A stretch of 64,000 bases of DNA from Nymphaea colorata (Eukaryota). Position 1 is the first letter of the stretch; each line of letters begins with the position of its first letter. The notes under the pieces were generated by a model. It was not told the DNA's origin. It did not search any database and saw only the letters and a program-made list of their open reading frames with translations. The position numbers and the translations under genes are program-made. The stretch lies in NCBI RefSeq assembly GCF_008831285.2, contig NC_045138.2:9858001-9922000 (forward strand), read 5' to 3'. Below are positions 62,471 to 64,000 of the stretch, piece by piece.

Positions 62471-64000
62471 TGTTGACATATGTTTTATTTGGGTCACCTA
62501 TCTGGGTCTGGATCCAGGTCTACATCTGGGTCTGGATCCAGGTTTGGATCTGAACCCGATCCAGTGTGTTACTATTATTGCCCTACTTAACCTGTGTAAA
62601 CCCTAATTTCTGTGTGTTAATGGAATTCTAAGAGAGAGTGTCTGGCTGCTAGTGGGCACCAGTCCTCCTCACCCGTGGGTTTTTCCCTCTCGTTGAGGGG
62701 TTTCCCACGTTACATCATGTTCATCTCTTTGTCTTTATTTCTACATGGTATCAGAGTCAAGTTGGTTTTGATTTCTCTACTGTGCTTGTGTTGGAAGAAA
62801 GTTTGTGTTCTCATTGTGTAGATTGGACTGGGTATCTCTTCTCACTATTTGGGTGAGTATTTCCTGTCGCCCGACCCTGCTTGCCACTGTGAAGTTTCGG
62901 CGTCCTCCCGCTGGTTGCATCGCTCTGACGACTGACATCGCCCGATGCTCTCCCTAACGTCGCCCGCTCCTCAGTCCTGCTGCTTCTTCTCCCGACGGTT
63001 CCAGTGCTCTCATGCCTGCAGCATCTTCTGGTTGTCGTCCCCAGTGTCTATAGCTTCTCTCATTCTGGTCAGCATCGTCTAGCATTGCCGGTCAGAGGTG
63101 CCCATTGTGTTCCTTTTTTTTCCTGCACCATCCAATGTCGTCTGCTTTCTCCATTGCCACCAGCATTGCCAGCTTCTTCTAGAGCTGCCTGTTCGCTCTT
63201 CCCAATGCCGCCAGTGCTACTATCTACTCTGCCCAGTGTCACCTGCCCTCCCAGCGCTGTCTGCTCTGCTTGCCTGTGTTGCCATCGACTGAACAGTCTT
63301 GCTGTTAACACCATAAAAGTCTGCTCGTTGCCTCCTTCATCATGTCTCTGTCGTCGCCAGGTTTCTCCACTATGTACCATGTTTCCTTTGTGTATGCTGC
63401 CTTTGCACAGCTGCTCTCTTGTTTTGTCGTGTGCATTCGTTCTCTTGTTGTTGTGTTGAACCTTGATAATGGCAGAGTCAACTTCATCTACTGTCAATAT
63501 GGGTCAGGCTGATGTTGGGGATTCTAGAACTGAAAATGTCCCAGTTCAAGTTACTACCATTCACCTTACCAAGGAAAATTATCTTCAATTGTCCACTGCC
63601 ATCACTATGGGGATTGCTGGTCGAGGCCGAATCGCCTATGTAAATGGGAGGAAGGTTGAACCTGTTGAGACTAGTGTTGCTTGGGACACTTGGTTTCTTG
63701 AGGACAACCAAGTTAAAACTTGGATTGTCAATTATGTATCCTCTGATATTCAAACCCTCATCCTTCGTAAGAGGACTGCGAGAGATATGGCTTATCTTAT
63801 AACAAAAGTATGGCCAGAAGAAGAAAACTGTTTGAGTGTATCAACTGATGAATGATGTCTATGCACTTCGGCAAGGGATCTCTCTATGGCAAACTTTTAT
63901 GAAGCATTGAAGTCCAAATGGGAGGAACTTGACTACTATTCTGATGATACTTGGAATTGCCCTCAAGGCCAAGTATGTCATGTAGCCAAAGAATGGGAAA
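62471..64000 (+). mobile_element. 5' end of a Ty1/copia element: LTR 62471-62745, PBS, 5' UTR and disrupted gag; runs off the window
   Basis: TGTTG...CTACA followed by TGGTATCAGAG (tRNA-Met PBS, 62746-62756). Gag from ATG 63469: VQVTTIHLTKENYLQ...WFLEDNQVKTWIVN. The frame is lost after ...TARDM. Confidence 0.9.

Noticed and set aside
63004..63497. 151-aa and 142-aa ORFs before the Copia gag
   Set aside because: They lie in the pyrimidine-rich 5' UTR between PBS and gag and show no recognisable domain.

Overview
This is AT-rich flowering-plant nuclear DNA; the species cannot be fixed from sequence alone. It holds one intact host gene, a six-exon SWI/SNF subunit of the SWI3B type (25411-30052, +, about 500 aa; SWIRM, ZZ-like, SANT and coiled-coil regions), surrounded by decayed and nested transposons. 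Left of the gene: a chromovirus (Galadriel-like) Ty3/gypsy pol split by a 3.85-kb solo LTR with a perfect CCAAC target duplication, a Tekay-like LTR, a Copia RNase H scrap, a minus-strand Ogre/Tat element carrying a GC-rich hAT MITE, and a small hAT MITE. Right of the gene: a two-LTR Copia apparently nested in an older hAT MITE, a decayed L1 LINE, a second plus-strand copy of the same Ogre/Tat family, LINE, Tekay and Copia fragments, and the 5' end of another Copia at the window edge. I found no convincing wholly new biological system. The best leads are a Plant Mobile Domain-like extra ORF upstream of gag in both Ogre/Tat copies, a SWI3B final-intron acceptor preceded by A14 instead of a pyrimidine tract, and the two related Ogre/Tat copies flanking SWI3B in opposite orientation. 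All family calls come from motif recognition by eye; no searches were run.
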